From the NCBI GenBank assembly GCA_043228905.1, contig JBHGNT010000008.1, positions 13,082,001 to 13,146,000 on the forward strand: DNA of 64,000 nucleotides, in the 5' to 3' direction. Origin of the DNA: Azolla caroliniana. Taxonomy: Eukaryota > Plantae > Polypodiophyta. A program made the position numbers and the translations under genes. The notes beneath the pieces are model-generated. The model searched no databases and was not told the DNA's origin. It saw only the letters and a program-made list of their open reading frames with translations. This document shows, piece after piece, positions 62,801 to 64,000 of this stretch (positions are counted from its first letter, which is position 1; every line of letters begins with the position of its first letter).

Positions 62801-64000
62801 CAGACAATGCCACGAAGGAGGCCACGTGTCCCCCTTGGTAAGAACCCACCAACATTCCAAAGTAGACATTAGGTAGGATTAGGCATAGTTTTAGCAATTA
62901 GTTAGTTCCACCTACACCACCTACCACATCGCCCAAATCACGTCATGTTTAGAGGCACACATTAGTCACTTTGACATTCACTTAAGTATTTAAAGGCACA
63001 TGCACAACACCCAAGGCAAAGCACCAACTCTCTAGGACACGTGGCCATAATATCCTATTATGGCATGCATGCCCAAGAATCTCCAAGCTCCTCTTCATGC
63101 ACAAAACCCTAGGCGTTCGCTAAAAAACAGTTACCCCAAGCCCACCCCACACACAGACGTTTTCTTGCACACCCAGCTTTCATCGCTCCCACGCTCTCAA
63201 GCCTCCTCTCGCTCTCAGCGCGTCCATCGCTCCCACCGCTCTTGCTCACAAGCCCTCTCTTGTCCTCGTAGCCCCTCTGCCGCACCACAACCATCTCCTT
63301 CCCTCACTCTCTCTTGGCCTGGTCGAATCCTCCTTCCCCAATCTTCCACACAGCAGAACCCCGAGTCCATTATGCCTCTTGCAGCTTCATAGGAAACCTG
63401 CTCCTGGCTTCAGGAACGAGGATTGGGTGGTTATTTAAAGGTGATCGATGCCCCTGCACACCCTGATGCCTAAGCAGTCACACACTGAATTCACCCAGAC
63501 ACAATCACCAACAATATGATTCGTGCTGCCTTGGACCTGAAGCGAGGAGGTGATCATGAAGTCGAGATTCCCCCTTCCACGACCCTAAAGGAATACTTTG
63601 GTGCATATTCCATATCTAGTAAAGCCTATCGCACCTACAGTGGATCCAACACGGCATTCGGAGAACTCGCTCGCATCCTGATGGAGTACGCGTTCGTGCA
63701 TACCAACCCTACAAGTATGCCAAAGAGCAAAGAGTCGATCATTATTAGTGCCTACGAGGTAAACAAAATCAACTGGGGAATCATCACAGGCGAAGGAATC
63801 TGTGCGGCACTCAAATCCTTCCAAACCGGTAAGCATTTGCTGCCTGTGATCAATCGCTTCGTTACAGTCCTCTACCCACCTCCTTCGGTTTCCCCTCGTT
63901 GCATCCTGACCTCTCCACCACCACCAAGGAAACAACGAGAGACGATGTTGGAGATAACCCAGGAAGAATGGGAAGATCCCTCATCTTCTCCACCTCCCTC
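56881..64000 (+). mobile_element. Non-chromovirus Ty3/gypsy element L, decayed, running off the window
   Basis: LTR 56881-~57355; PBS TGGCACGC at 57359. Gag with zinc knuckles, IIDGGSG protease, FLDRFSGYNQI/FLDDF RT, DASD RNase H, KWGLDFVGP/TKWVEA integrase. Several stops; no second RNase H or chromodomain seen. Confidence 0.9.
63516..64000 (+). CDS. Additional 3' ORF of element L (partial, unknown function)
   Basis: MIRAALDLKRGG...KINWGIITGEG...EEWEDPSSSPPP, open to the window end and absent from the ORF track because it has no stop. A decayed upstream part appears to start near 63372. Confidence 0.65.
   Translation, partial: MIRAALDLKRGGDHEVEIPPSTTLKEYFGAYSISSKAYRTYSGSNTAFGELARILMEYAFVHTNPTSMPKSKESIIISAYEVNKINWGIITGEGICAALKSFQTGKHLLPVINRFVTVLYPPPSVSPRCILTSPPPPRKQRETMLEITQEEWEDPSSSPPP

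Overview
Eukaryotic land-plant genomic DNA. A non-seed plant such as a fern is my inference from the transposon families. Host genes: the terminal exon of an ENT1-like equilibrative nucleoside transporter (11504-12294, +) and, 2.6 kb downstream on the same strand, a complete 13-exon adenosine kinase gene (14907-18856, 345 aa). Almost everything else is nested retroelements, most with resolvable LTRs and many with PBS/PPT and target-site duplications: two intact young Ty1/copia elements (1267-6204, 41569-47129), several decayed copia copies, a solo LTR, two related chromodomain Ty3/gypsy elements (25258-30401, 39679-56302), a non-chromovirus gypsy with a 3' extra ORF (56881-end), a non-coding LTR element, and RTEX-like LINEs. 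The most unusual signal is the ~424-bp LTR shared by the two chromoviruses. It carries an antisense tRNA-like A-box/B-box module at its outer end, a 4-unit heat-shock element 20 nt upstream of the TATA box, and a Tf1-like self-primer in place of a tRNA PBS. One copy also keeps a -1 frameshift signal between gag and pol. All coordinates and counts were read by eye; no searches or folding were run.
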